The notes under the pieces were generated by a model. The model searched no databases and was not told where the DNA came from. It saw only the letters and a list, made by a program, of their open reading frames with translations. Shown one piece after another: positions 44,856 to 54,633 of a stretch of 64,000 nt of DNA. This DNA is from Fibrobacter sp. UBA4309 (GTDB lineage: Bacteria > Fibrobacterota > Fibrobacteria > Fibrobacterales > Fibrobacteraceae), in NCBI RefSeq assembly GCF_002395745.1, contig NZ_DGUN01000027.1, positions 19,958 through 83,957 on the forward strand, read 5' to 3'. A program made the translations under genes and the position numbers. The first letter of the stretch is position 1, and each line of letters begins with the position of its first letter.

Positions 44856-45929
44856 TTACCCCTTCGCGAGCATTTCCATGAGTTCGGAATCCAGACGTTC
44901 GGGGTTGTCGTATTGGGCGAGTCCGTTATGTAGCGATTCGCCTTTGGACACGATGCCGAAATCCAGGTTCTTGTAGTTCCAGTAGCTGTAGCCCACGTCT
45001 GCTTCTCTCAGGATGTCGAGGAAATCGCGTGTCCAGGCAAGCTGGTATTCTCGGGGCACCTGTACGTATACGCCGAACTCGTTGCAGGCTACCGGCAAGT
45101 CGTACTTGGCCCTGAAATCGAGGGCGTTCTGGATGCTTGCCTGAAGGCGGGCTTTGTCCCATACGCCGTATTCGACGTCGAGACGCGTCGTGCCTCCGTT
45201 TTCGGGCGGGGCGTAGTCGCCAGGCCAGGGACGCTTGATCTTGAAGAACGGGTCGTTGATCCAGGCTGCGCCCTGGTGGGTGAAAGTCACCGGGGTGTAG
45301 GTGTGGAAACTGTAGATGGCGTTGTCGTCGTCCAGCGGAGTCAGCACGTTGAATTCTCGGGCGCTGTTCCACTTGTTGCTGCCTACCACGATGGTGTTTT
45401 TCGGGGCGTGCTTGCGGATTGCCCAGAAAAGTTCGTCTTTTACCTTGTCCCAGACCTTGGAATCGGTGCCGGCAGGTTCGTTCAGCAGTTCCATCATGAC
45501 GCGGGTCTGCCCGCTATAGCGTTCGGCCATGTAGGCCCAGACCTTGCAGGCGCCTTCGCGGGCCTTGGGGTCGACAAAGAAGGGCTGTTCCTGGTACGAT
45601 CCCAGGTGGAAGTCGTGGCCGGGACACTTGTGCAGATCCAGGATGACGTCCAGGTCGGCTTCCTGGATTTCCCGGAGCGCCTTGTCCAGCAGCGCGAAAA
45701 CGGCGTCGTTGGGCTTGAGCTCGTCACCTTCGAACAAGTTAAAATAGTCTACGGGTAACCTTACGTGGTTGAACCCCGCCTCCCGGATGCGCCTGAAATC
45801 CGAGACACCGAGAAAACTCTCGATATGGGGCAACAGCCCCGGAAATCCTACGGGATCTTTTTCCTGGATGCAGTCTACTTGACTGAACCAGCCACCCAAA
45901 TTCACTCCCCGTAGTCTTTCTTTTTTCAT
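44856..45929 (-). CDS. GH5 cellodextrinase (CedA/CelC-like), no signal peptide
   Basis: GVNLGGWFSQ, FNHVRLP, LDLHK, ELLNEP (acid/base), YSFHTY, CNEFG (nucleophile). Confidence 0.92.
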   Translation of the reverse strand: MKKERLRGVNLGGWFSQVDCIQEKDPVGFPGLLPHIESFLGVSDFRRIREAGFNHVRLPVDYFNLFEGDELKPNDAVFALLDKALREIQEADLDVILDLHKCPGHDFHLGSYQEQPFFVDPKAREGACKVWAYMAERYSGQTRVMMELLNEPAGTDSKVWDKVKDELFWAIRKHAPKNTIVVGSNKWNSAREFNVLTPLDDDNAIYSFHTYTPVTFTHQGAAWINDPFFKIKRPWPGDYAPPENGGTTRLDVEYGVWDKARLQASIQNALDFRAKYDLPVACNEFGVYVQVPREYQLAWTRDFLDILREADVGYSYWNYKNLDFGIVSKGESLHNGLAQYDNPERLDSELMEMLAKG

Positions 45930-45953
45930 GTTTTATTCCGCCTTAAACAGAAG

Positions 45954-46244
45954 TTATTCGTTGGTAATGTTCAAACTTTCGTTGGCGATGTTCAGTTCCA
46001 GGATGACCTCCATGTCTTCCGGATAATCGTTGAATGCAATGACGAGTCCGACTTTCTTTTCTTCGTCCTTCTGCTTTTCGAACTGGACAACGTCGTTGAT
46101 TTTCATTTTAATGACCGCTTCCTGCGTGACAGGAATTTCAATGGTCATTCCCTTGCTGATGGGTCCTTCTTCGATTTTTCCCTTGAACACCAGACTTTTT
46201 TGATCTTCGCCTAGCGAAGTCTTCTTGACATGAAATCTAGCCAT
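45954..46244 (-). CDS. Small acidic protein with a possible EF-Tu domain-II-like beta-barrel
   Basis: LVFKGKIEEGPISKGMTIEIP pattern. SD-like GCGGAA upstream. Confidence 0.5.
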   Translation of the reverse strand: MARFHVKKTSLGEDQKSLVFKGKIEEGPISKGMTIEIPVTQEAVIKMKINDVVQFEKQKDEEKKVGLVIAFNDYPEDMEVILELNIANESLNITNE

Positions 46245-46329
46245 TATTCTCTAGTCGTTATCTTTTATTTTGTGGTTCAATTTTTTTTGTGACCTGTTGA
46301 ATGCCACGTATAAAAATTAACTTTTTTAT

Positions 46330-47148
46330 ATGACCCTCCGTGTTGGACGAATTCCGTTTTTAGTCTGTGCGCCGTTTTTCCATGACTTTTTGGAACGTGA
46401 AAAAGAATTCCCCGATATTGAATTCGTGGACGGTCCGCCGAGTGCCCACTGCGCTGGATTGAAAGACGGCTCGATACATTTGTCCCCGGCATCGTCTATC
46501 ACTTTTGCGCAAAAGCCGGGCGCGTTCGTGCTGTCGCCGAAACTTTGTACGTCGTGCTCGTTCGAGGTGCGTTCCGTGAAGCTTTTTTCCAGGTTCCCGA
46601 TAGAAGAGCTGTCTGGCCGCAAGGTGCGCATGACTAGCCAGAGCATGACTTCGGTCGCGCTTTTGCGGATTTTGCTGGAACTGCGCCATGGACTCAAGCC
46701 CGTGTACGTTTCGGGGCTTGCCGCGGAAGATTCCGATGACGCCTGCCTCCTGATTGGCGATATGGCTCTCGAAGAAAACGAGCGCCACCGCTTTGAATTT
46801 GACTATGATCTCGGTTCGCTTTGGCAGGACTGGCAGGGGTTGCCGTTTGTGTTCGGTACCTGGATTATTGCGAAGGAAGCTCTCGCTCCTGAAGTTCGTC
46901 CCGTGCTTGACAGGTATCTGGAAATGACAGAAAGGAGTATCGAACGGTTCCGTAACGACATATCCGGCTCGCTGGACCGGTGGCTTGCCAAATATCCGGT
47001 AAAGTTGCCCCGTCTTCTGGTGGAGGACTATTATCGGGTTCTGGATTACCGTTTTACCGAGGAACGCAAGGAATCCCTAGTGAAATTTTATAGATTTGCG
47101 GCGCAGTTGGGGCTGCTAGGGGTTGCCCCGAGACTAGAATTCATATAG
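46330..47148 (+). CDS. mqnA: MqnA/MqnD-family menaquinone (futalosine pathway) protein, probably chorismate dehydratase
   Basis: RVGRIPFLVCAP, VRSVKLFS, SMTSVALLRILL, CLLIGDMAL, DLGSLW..WQGLPFVFG.W. Confidence 0.82.
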   Translation: MTLRVGRIPFLVCAPFFHDFLEREKEFPDIEFVDGPPSAHCAGLKDGSIHLSPASSITFAQKPGAFVLSPKLCTSCSFEVRSVKLFSRFPIEELSGRKVRMTSQSMTSVALLRILLELRHGLKPVYVSGLAAEDSDDACLLIGDMALEENERHRFEFDYDLGSLWQDWQGLPFVFGTWIIAKEALAPEVRPVLDRYLEMTERSIERFRNDISGSLDRWLAKYPVKLPRLLVEDYYRVLDYRFTEERKESLVKFYRFAAQLGLLGVAPRLEFI

Positions 47149-47177
47149 TTTTATTGTTGTGACGGGGAGATCAGGGA

Positions 47178-48041
47178 ATGGTCGAAGAAAAGATTCTCAT
47201 CGTAGATGACAGCGCGGAAGTGCTGGAGAAAACTCAGAACATGCTGACGCAGGTGGGGTATAGCGTTGTACCCTGCCATTCTGGCGAGCAGGCTCTGGAA
47301 ATCTTGAACAAGGAACGCTTTGACCTGGTGCTCCTGGATATCAATATGCCGAGCCTGAACGGCTACGAAGTCTGCCTGCGCATTCGGCAGATTTTTGCCC
47401 TGGACGACCTGCCGATCATATTCCTCACGAGCCGTGAAGATTCTGACAGCGTGACCAAGGGATTCCATGCCGGCGCTTCGGATTTCGTTTCGAAGAGCGC
47501 CCTTTCCGACGTGCTGTTGGCCCGTGTGAATGTCCACATTCGTTTGTCCAGAACGCTCCGGTTCTTGCGGGATATCTCGTTGACCGACGACTTGACCGGC
47601 TGTTACAACCGTCGCCATGGCGTGTATACCCTACGTGAATGGTTTGCCCGCAGCAAGCGCTACGGTACTCCGTTCTCGATGATTTATTTTGATTTGAACG
47701 GCCTCAAGAATGTGAACGACAGCTATGGCCACCAGGCCGGCGACCTTTTGCTCCGTTCAGTAGTCAACGCCTGCAAAAAACTTCTCCGCGAATCGGATTT
47801 GCTGTTCCGCATGGGCGGCGACGAATTCATGGTGCTTTGCCCGGATACCGACAAGCGCGGCGCATTCATTTGTGCGGAACGCATGCTCGAATCCGTCAAG
47901 GCGGTCACTATCGTAGACCAGTCGGTGACGTTCGCATACGGAATCGCCCATTCCAATGAAGACTACAAGGATGTGGACGAAATGCTCCACAGCGCAGATT
48001 CTTCGATGTACGAATGCAAGAAGAAAATGCGCGGGAAATAA
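47178..48041 (+). CDS. Response-regulator diguanylate cyclase (REC-GGDEF)
   Basis: LIVDD, LLDINMP, IFLT, DDLTG, RESD..RMGGDEF. Confidence 0.93.
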   Translation: MVEEKILIVDDSAEVLEKTQNMLTQVGYSVVPCHSGEQALEILNKERFDLVLLDINMPSLNGYEVCLRIRQIFALDDLPIIFLTSREDSDSVTKGFHAGASDFVSKSALSDVLLARVNVHIRLSRTLRFLRDISLTDDLTGCYNRRHGVYTLREWFARSKRYGTPFSMIYFDLNGLKNVNDSYGHQAGDLLLRSVVNACKKLLRESDLLFRMGGDEFMVLCPDTDKRGAFICAERMLESVKAVTIVDQSVTFAYGIAHSNEDYKDVDEMLHSADSSMYECKKKMRGK

Positions 48042-48047
48042 AATCCT

Positions 48048-48686
48048 TTAAATCCCGGTTTTGATGGCGGCGAGCAACTTCTTCAAGTTGATCGCGATGT
48101 CGTCCCATTTTCCGTCGGTCATCAACTTGACGTTGAAGATGCTTGCCCCGAACGAAAGCAGGTTCGCACCGGCCTTCAGGTAGGTGCTGGCGTTTTCTGC
48201 GTTTACGCCTCCACATGCCATGAGCGGAATATCGCGGAACGGGCCGCGCAGCGCCTTGATGTATTCGGGACCGCCGACGCAGTTTACGGGAAATATCTTG
48301 ACTGCCGTCGCGCCGAGGTCGAAGGCCTTCTGGACTTCGGTCGGGGTGAGGGCTCCCGGGATAATGGGGATGCCGGCAGTGCAAGAAAGCCGGATTATCT
48401 CGTTGCGCGTGTTCGGGGTGACAATGAATTCCGCCCCGGCGGCAAGTGCCTTTTCCAGGTCGTGGCCGTGACGGACGGTGCCTGCACCTACGGTGATGCC
48501 ATGGGGCTTGGCGGCGGCCTTGAGCGCAGCTATGATCTGTTCGGCGTCAGCCGTGTTCATGGTGACTTCGATGGCCTTGAGGCCGCAGGCTGCTGCGGTC
48601 GTGGCGCAAAGTTCTTCGGCTCCTCGCGGAATGTCGCGCAGGATTCCGATAACGGGAGTGTCTTTCAAAAATTCAAGAAGGTTCAT
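48048..48686 (-). CDS. eda: KDPG/KHG aldolase
   Basis: IEVT, VGAGTV, FIVTP, PGALTPTE, VKIFP, ACGGV. Confidence 0.9.
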   Translation of the reverse strand: MNLLEFLKDTPVIGILRDIPRGAEELCATTAAACGLKAIEVTMNTADAEQIIAALKAAAKPHGITVGAGTVRHGHDLEKALAAGAEFIVTPNTRNEIIRLSCTAGIPIIPGALTPTEVQKAFDLGATAVKIFPVNCVGGPEYIKALRGPFRDIPLMACGGVNAENASTYLKAGANLLSFGASIFNVKLMTDGKWDDIAINLKKLLAAIKTGI

Positions 48687-48737
48687 GGTTATAGTATAGA
48701 ATTTTACGGTCCTGTTTTTTCTAAATTTGGCGTCAAC

Positions 48738-50156
48738 ATGTTATTTTCAGAACTTCCCCTGGTCAATCCCCTCCAGCGAGCAGTCCGTGCCGTTGGTTAC
48801 GAACAGCCCACCCCCATTCAGGAACAGTCCATCCCGAGCCTTTTGGAAGGCAAGGACCTTCTGGGCATCGCCCAGACGGGTACGGGGAAGACGGCGGCGT
48901 TCGCGCTCCCGATTCTGCAACGGCTGCTTGATTCCGGGAAGTTCCGCGCACCCAAGACATGCCGTGCGCTGATTCTTTTGCCGACGCGCGAGCTCGCTAT
49001 CCAGGTGGAAGAATGCTTCAAGCAGTACGCCCAGTTTACCGCGATTTCGACTACCTGCATTTTTGGAGGCGTGAGCGACGCTTCGCAAAAGCGCAACCTG
49101 ATTCGAGGTGTCGACGTCCTGGTCGCGACTCCCGGGCGCCTGCTCGACCTGATCGGCCAGAAGGCTGTTTCGCTGAAGGCATTGGAATTCTTTGTGCTCG
49201 ACGAAGCCGACCGCATGCTCGACATGGGATTCATCCACGATATCCGCAAGGTGGTGGCGCTGCTCCCGCAGGTGCGACAGAACTTGTTCTTCAGCGCGAC
49301 GATGCCCGATGATATCACGAAGCTTGCCGCGACGATCCTGCGCCCGAATCCGGTTCGAGTGGAAGTGGCTCCGCAGAGCACGCCGATTGAACGCATCCGC
49401 CAGGAACTCTACCGCATCGACAAGCGCCGCAAGGGCGCCTTGCTCAAGGAACTTTTGCTTGCGCATCCCGAAATGAAAAAGGTGCTGGTGTTCAGCCGCA
49501 CCAAGCACGGAGCCGACAAGATTACGCGCGTGCTCGAGAAGGCGGGAATCAAGTGCTCCGCGATTCACGGCAACAAGAGCCAGAACAGGCGCCAGGAAGC
49601 CCTCGGGAATTTCAAGAAGGAATCGATCCGCGTGCTGGTGGCTACCGATATTGCCGCCCGCGGCATAGACGTGGACGATGTCTCGCATGTGTTCAACTAC
49701 GACTTGCCCGATGTGCCCGAGACGTTCGTGCACCGCATTGGACGTACCGCCCGTGCAGGCAAGGACGGCATCGCGATTTCGTTCTGCGCTCCTGATGAAG
49801 AACAGGACTTGCGCGCTATTGAAAAGCTCACGCGCATCCGCATTCCGGAAGGCGACAAGGCGATTTACGAGAAGCTGCCGCCGCAGCAGAAGGAAACGCC
49901 CGAAAGCGAGATGAGGAATGCCCGCGGAAGGTTGCCGCGCCGCGAAAATCCGGCGCACGGGAAGCCCGCTCAGCCCAAGACTGCACAAAAAAATGCGCAG
50001 CCTAAGCCCGCGCAAAAACCGGCACAGCCCGCTCGTGGGGAACATCCCGCGCCGTCGAATAACGCTCCCGCTCAGGGGAATGCCCCGCGCCACCGTCGCC
50101 GCAACCGCCCAGGTTCAAGGGCCCGCCGCCGCATGCGCGAAGCTGCGTCTAACTAA
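48738..50156 (+). CDS. rhlE: DEAD-box RNA helicase (RhlE-like)
   Basis: PTPIQ, AQTGTGKT, PTRELA, LDEADRMLDMGF, SAT, HRIGRTARAG. ATG 48738 follows TAAATTTG. Confidence 0.93.
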   Translation: MLFSELPLVNPLQRAVRAVGYEQPTPIQEQSIPSLLEGKDLLGIAQTGTGKTAAFALPILQRLLDSGKFRAPKTCRALILLPTRELAIQVEECFKQYAQFTAISTTCIFGGVSDASQKRNLIRGVDVLVATPGRLLDLIGQKAVSLKALEFFVLDEADRMLDMGFIHDIRKVVALLPQVRQNLFFSATMPDDITKLAATILRPNPVRVEVAPQSTPIERIRQELYRIDKRRKGALLKELLLAHPEMKKVLVFSRTKHGADKITRVLEKAGIKCSAIHGNKSQNRRQEALGNFKKESIRVLVATDIAARGIDVDDVSHVFNYDLPDVPETFVHRIGRTARAGKDGIAISFCAPDEEQDLRAIEKLTRIRIPEGDKAIYEKLPPQQKETPESEMRNARGRLPRRENPAHGKPAQPKTAQKNAQPKPAQKPAQPARGEHPAPSNNAPAQGNAPRHRRRNRPGSRARRRMREAASN

Positions 50157-50163
50157 CCGTAGA

Positions 50164-51174
50164 TTATTCTACCAGACTGTAGCGCTGGCTCCTGCCGCCC
50201 TTGGGATTCGCCTTCACAATGCCTTTCTTGATGAGACTCTGTATTTCGCGGAGCGCGGTGTCGTGGCTTGTTCCAAAAACCCTGGCGACGTCCTTCGCTG
50301 TAAATTCTCGCGGAATTTCTCCAGCGAGGGCTGCTTCCAGAAGAACCTGTTCTCGCTCGCCGGTGGGCGTGCCTGTGAGTTTGTTCATAAAGGTGGCGTG
50401 ACGGATTCCTGCCTGGAGTTCTTTTTTGCGGTTTTCTATTGCCGAGTCGATTTGCGAAAGGAACCACAGAATCCAATCGGTAAGGTCTCCGTTGCCGCAC
50501 TGGGCCTTGTTCAGCGTGCGAAAATATCTGTCGCGGTTTTCCAGGATTTGCCTGTTGAGCGAAAACGGCAGATGGTTCGTCTTTTGTGCACGGCAGAGTT
50601 GCAATGCCGTGATGGTACGGATGAGCCTGCCGTTCCCTTCGCGGAACGGGCTTATCGTGAGGAACCAGAAATGCGCAATCGCGGCCTTGATGGTGCCGTC
50701 CATCGGGGACTTTTCGAACCAGTCAAAAAAATGTCCCATTTCGGTCTGGAGCCTTTCGGGGCCGGGGCCTGCAAAGCGCATGTTTTCGGAGACGACTTCG
50801 TAGGAGGTCTCACGGTAGCCGGGAGTCTTGTGGCCGGTCAGTGCAGAATGCCAGCCGAACAGGCGCTCCGGAGTGAGCGGGTTTGCACTGTTCTCGATAG
50901 CGCCGAGGTAGTTGCGGATATGTACGGAGTGGGCCTGGGAACGGAGTGCGAGATCTTTTGCTACATCGTCGAGATCCAGAGCGTACCCGTCAATAGCGAA
51001 GTTGGCGACGATGTCGTCGGTGATGACTCCCGTTTCGAGATCCTTGGAGTTGACAAAGGTCAGGAGACCTGCCAGTCGCCCTTCCTCGAAGCACGTTTTG
51101 CCCAGGGCGTCGAGCACGCGCTTGTTGTCGAATCGGAAATGGGTCCAGTCCGGGAATTGGTGGATAAAAAGCAT
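50164..51174 (-). CDS. Fic-family protein (DUF4172-Fic-wHTH) with a non-canonical active site
   Basis: FIHQFPDWTHF N-terminus, TISPFREGNGRLIR, C-terminal HTH with GGRSQRY. True start is probably 51174. Confidence 0.85.
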   Translation of the reverse strand: MLFIHQFPDWTHFRFDNKRVLDALGKTCFEEGRLAGLLTFVNSKDLETGVITDDIVANFAIDGYALDLDDVAKDLALRSQAHSVHIRNYLGAIENSANPLTPERLFGWHSALTGHKTPGYRETSYEVVSENMRFAGPGPERLQTEMGHFFDWFEKSPMDGTIKAAIAHFWFLTISPFREGNGRLIRTITALQLCRAQKTNHLPFSLNRQILENRDRYFRTLNKAQCGNGDLTDWILWFLSQIDSAIENRKKELQAGIRHATFMNKLTGTPTGEREQVLLEAALAGEIPREFTAKDVARVFGTSHDTALREIQSLIKKGIVKANPKGGRSQRYSLVE

Positions 51175-51237
51175 ACGGATAATATAAATCTTTTTAACGC
51201 AAGCGGTGCGTAGAAAAAAGATGCTATATTTTGAAAA

Positions 51238-51398
51238 AGTTTCCTGTGCCCTGAAAAGCCTTGAGAGAACCCCGTGAAAGCCGGGGACGGTCGCGCCGCT
51301 GTAAGGGAGGACGAAACCGGCAAGAACCAATGTCCGGAAACGGATGTGAAGGAGCCGGGAGTAGGGCGATCCCCGAGTCAGAAGAACTGTGGGAAACT
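51238..51398 (+). ncRNA. Cobalamin (AdoCbl-type) riboswitch
   Basis: GAGAA-CCCCG-TGAAAG-CCGGGG, GCCGCTGTAA, GAAG, AGTCAGAAGAAC B12 box. P1 AGTTTCC/GGAAACT. Lies upstream of a TonB receptor. Confidence 0.88.
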
Positions 51399-51413
51399 GT
51401 TGAACGAGGAAAG

Positions 51414-53414
51414 ATGCGAACGACGTCCTTCTGCAGGACCGCAGTGTACGCGGTCTTTTTGTACTGTGCCTGCTCATGGGCACAGGAGGTACAAGACCTT
51501 GGCACGACCGAGGTCTCGGCTCCCGTTTCTGCGGGCGTTGCAGCTGCCGGTGCGGGCTATACCGAAATTCTTCCTGCGGCGTGGGAAGGGAAATCCCTGA
51601 CAGCGGCAGACCTGCTTTCGGCCCTTCCCGGGGTACAGGCGTACAAGCAGGGCGGCCTCGGGAGTTTCCAGTCGGTATCCATCCGCGGCATTGCCGCAAG
51701 AAACATCTTGATTTGTGTGGACGGCGTGCCGTTGAACGATGCGAGCGGCGGTGCCGTGAACCTTTCGTCCATCGATTTGAACCAGATGGAAAAGGTGGAA
51801 GTCTACAAGGGAAACGTGCCGGCGAAGTTCGGCGTGTCGGGCCTTGGCGGTGCCGTGAATTTTGTCACCAGGAATGCCGTAAAGAGGGGCGGGCGAGTCC
51901 TTGCCGCCTATGGGACGCACAATACGTGGGAAGGCGCCTTCCAGGTAAGTTCCCCGGTAACGGACAGCGTCATGTTCGCTTCTTCGTTTGCCACGCGGCA
52001 TTCCGACAACGACTACGAGTATACGAACAGGAACGGGACGCAGTATAACGATGACGACGACTACACGGCGATTCGCGAAAACGCCCAATATACGGATGTG
52101 TCCGGTAACGTACAGTTCCGCATGCTGCACGGCAACGGCTATTTTTCGACTTTGTCCGTAACGGCATCGCGTTTTGAGGGAGGGAACCCCGGCAAGGAAG
52201 AACAGCAGACCAAGGTGGCCAAGTTCGTGGGCGAGTCGGCGCTTTTGCGCTATGGTCTGGAATCGGCGGGTTACCTGGACGACAGGCTCTTTTTGGCTGG
52301 CGGAGTGTCGGGCCGTTTCGACAAGAATCTCTCTAGCACTTATTACCCGTTGGACCATGTGGGTTATGGCAATTCCCGGTTCCTGCAATATGGGGCGGCC
52401 ACGTACAAGCTTGTTCCCGAGATTTCGGCGGAGTTCTCTCCCGTAAATCGCCTGAAAACGGAAGCGCGTGTCGCGGGAGAATGGGAACGTGCCGAGGCGC
52501 GCGGCGATTCCAAGGACTGGGCGCTAGACCGTTGGACTTTGCTTGGTTCCGGCGATTTGTATTTACAGGTTTTCACGTATGCAGGCGTGGGCAGCGAAGG
52601 CTCCGTCCAGTTCTTGAAAGACCGCCTGGACGACGGTGTTTTTGTACAACCGTCCGGTTCGCGGATTCTGGAAGATGCCGGCGAGCGCGACGCGACGTTG
52701 TCCGGACGTATCTATTCCCGTTTCGGCACATCGGAATCGCCGCTGAGCGGGGAAGTTTCCATAGGACGTTTTTACCAGCAACCTGCCTTGATGGAACTCT
52801 ATGGCACGTTCCCCGGGGCACTCTCGAATCCGGACCTCAAGCGCGAAAAGGCGACCCGCTTCGAGGCCTCAGGGCAGTTTATGTTTCCGGGACGCCGGAC
52901 ATCGTTGCGGGCGGCGTATTTCGAGTCGCATATCGAAGACGGAATATGCTGGGTAATCTCGGTAGAACTCTTGCGTGCCGAGAATATCGCACGGTCGCTT
53001 GTCCGTGGCGCGGAATTCGAACTGAACAGCAGCCCCTCCAGGTTCATGGATATCGTGCTCCGCGCGACGTTCCAGAAGACGGAGGACCGCTCGCATTCCA
53101 ACAGTTACAACGGGAACATGCTCCCCGGCGAGCCGGCACGGGCGTATTATGCCGGCGCGACCTTGCATCTGCCGCTGCACCTTGATTTGGCATGGGTGTC
53201 GGAATGGCGCAGCGTCATCTACAGCGACCGCGCAAACCGTATGGATCAACCCGCCGTGGCTACACACCGTGCCGACCTCGCATATAACCCGTTCGAAAAG
53301 ACTCGGCTTGCGTTCGCAGTGGCGAATATCACCGACGAGACGTACCGGAATTTCTACACGCCCTTTCCCATGCCGGGCAGGGAATACAAGTTCACAATCA
53401 TACAGGGGTTCTAG
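51414..53414 (+). CDS. btuB: TonB-dependent vitamin B12 receptor (BtuB-like)
   Basis: LPGV, SIRG, VDGVPLN, EKVEVYKG plug motifs, NPDLKRE, PGREYKF..GF end. Follows the riboswitch. Confidence 0.85.
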   Translation: MRTTSFCRTAVYAVFLYCACSWAQEVQDLGTTEVSAPVSAGVAAAGAGYTEILPAAWEGKSLTAADLLSALPGVQAYKQGGLGSFQSVSIRGIAARNILICVDGVPLNDASGGAVNLSSIDLNQMEKVEVYKGNVPAKFGVSGLGGAVNFVTRNAVKRGGRVLAAYGTHNTWEGAFQVSSPVTDSVMFASSFATRHSDNDYEYTNRNGTQYNDDDDYTAIRENAQYTDVSGNVQFRMLHGNGYFSTLSVTASRFEGGNPGKEEQQTKVAKFVGESALLRYGLESAGYLDDRLFLAGGVSGRFDKNLSSTYYPLDHVGYGNSRFLQYGAATYKLVPEISAEFSPVNRLKTEARVAGEWERAEARGDSKDWALDRWTLLGSGDLYLQVFTYAGVGSEGSVQFLKDRLDDGVFVQPSGSRILEDAGERDATLSGRIYSRFGTSESPLSGEVSIGRFYQQPALMELYGTFPGALSNPDLKREKATRFEASGQFMFPGRRTSLRAAYFESHIEDGICWVISVELLRAENIARSLVRGAEFELNSSPSRFMDIVLRATFQKTEDRSHSNSYNGNMLPGEPARAYYAGATLHLPLHLDLAWVSEWRSVIYSDRANRMDQPAVATHRADLAYNPFEKTRLAFAVANITDETYRNFYTPFPMPGREYKFTIIQGF

Positions 53415-53454
53415 CCCCCGCGCGTCATAGCGTAAAGCCAGAAAAGGAAACACA

Positions 53455-54603
53455 ATGAAAAACAATCTCTCAAAAACGAAAGGTTCCATCGTGAAGGGTC
53501 TCGCCCTTGCCTTCGGCCTTTCTTCTTTCGTCATGTTCACTGCTTGCGGTGACGACTCCTCCAGTTCTTCTTCTCCCGAAGGAAACGAAGGCGAAGAACT
53601 CTCCCTGACGGGTGCCGTTTTCGGTTCCGACTACAAGACCGGTGAACTACGCTGGATTGACAAGGACGGAAAGATTTCGGAAAAGAGTCTTTCGTTCCAT
53701 CAGGATTCCAAGGTGCTTGTTGACGGTGCCGACCTGTACGTGCTGGAACGCATGGGTGCCGACAACATCTCGCTGGTCGCCCCCGAAAAGCTGGATTCCG
53801 ATGGTGAAAAGGCGGTGGTGTGGCAGGTTTCCCTGGACGACGGCGCCAACCCGGTGGACATGGAATTCGACGGTGAGAACGCCTGGGTCGCGCTGCAGAA
53901 CGCCGATTCCCTGGTCAAGATTTCTACGGCTGACGGCAAGGTGGTCAAGTCCATCAAGACGGGCAAGTTCGCTTACGAAGGCGAAAAGTCTCCTTATGTC
54001 GCCGACATCGAACTGAACGACGGAAAGCTTTATGTGCTGATGCAGCGCTACACGATGGATGCCGAGACCTGGGTGACGACTTATCCCAAGGGACTCCTTG
54101 CCATTTACGACGCCTCCACGGGTGACCTGAAGGATACCGTGCAGTTGCTTAACCAGAACCCGACTGCCATGGCTTTCTTTGACGGTGCCGTTTATGTGGC
54201 AAGCCAGGGTGAATACAACGCTTCTTACGGAACCGATGCCGATGACAAACGCGGTATCGAGAAGGTGAACCTCAAGGATAAGAAATCCGAATTGGTTATT
54301 TCTGGTGAAAAGCTCGGTGGCGGCGTCTATGCGTTCGTTGCAGACAAGGGAACCGCCTATGCCGCAGTCTATAAGGGCTATGGCGATGTCCCTCTGGCCA
54401 AGATTGACCTTGCCGCGAAAAAGGTCGAAACGGTTAAGGGTGTTGCCGATGCAGAAGGCTCCCTCTCCGCGAAGGATGGCAAGGTCCTGATCGGTGATCG
54501 CAGTTCTGGTGCCGAGGCGGTGCTGATGTACGACGGTTCCAAGGTGTCCAAAATCGAGAGCCCGAAGGGCGCTCTTCCGGCATACAGCGTTGTGCTGTTC
54601 TAA
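53455..54603 (+). CDS. Beta-propeller lipoprotein, BtuG-like B12-binding candidate
   Basis: Lipobox FTAC-GDD with a Ser linker, repeated blades (LYVL, NPVDM, KLYVL, NPTAM, VYV). Co-oriented with btuB. Confidence 0.72.
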   Translation: MKNNLSKTKGSIVKGLALAFGLSSFVMFTACGDDSSSSSSPEGNEGEELSLTGAVFGSDYKTGELRWIDKDGKISEKSLSFHQDSKVLVDGADLYVLERMGADNISLVAPEKLDSDGEKAVVWQVSLDDGANPVDMEFDGENAWVALQNADSLVKISTADGKVVKSIKTGKFAYEGEKSPYVADIELNDGKLYVLMQRYTMDAETWVTTYPKGLLAIYDASTGDLKDTVQLLNQNPTAMAFFDGAVYVASQGEYNASYGTDADDKRGIEKVNLKDKKSELVISGEKLGGGVYAFVADKGTAYAAVYKGYGDVPLAKIDLAAKKVETVKGVADAEGSLSAKDGKVLIGDRSSGAEAVLMYDGSKVSKIESPKGALPAYSVVLF

Positions 54604-54633
54604 TCCTTGGCATAGTTATTTATCCTGAAACAG

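Noticed and set aside
51175-51699. N-terminal extensions of Fic (to 51699) and BtuB (from 51261) in the ORF track
   Set aside because: They overlap the riboswitch and promoters; family alignment begins at 51174 and 51414.
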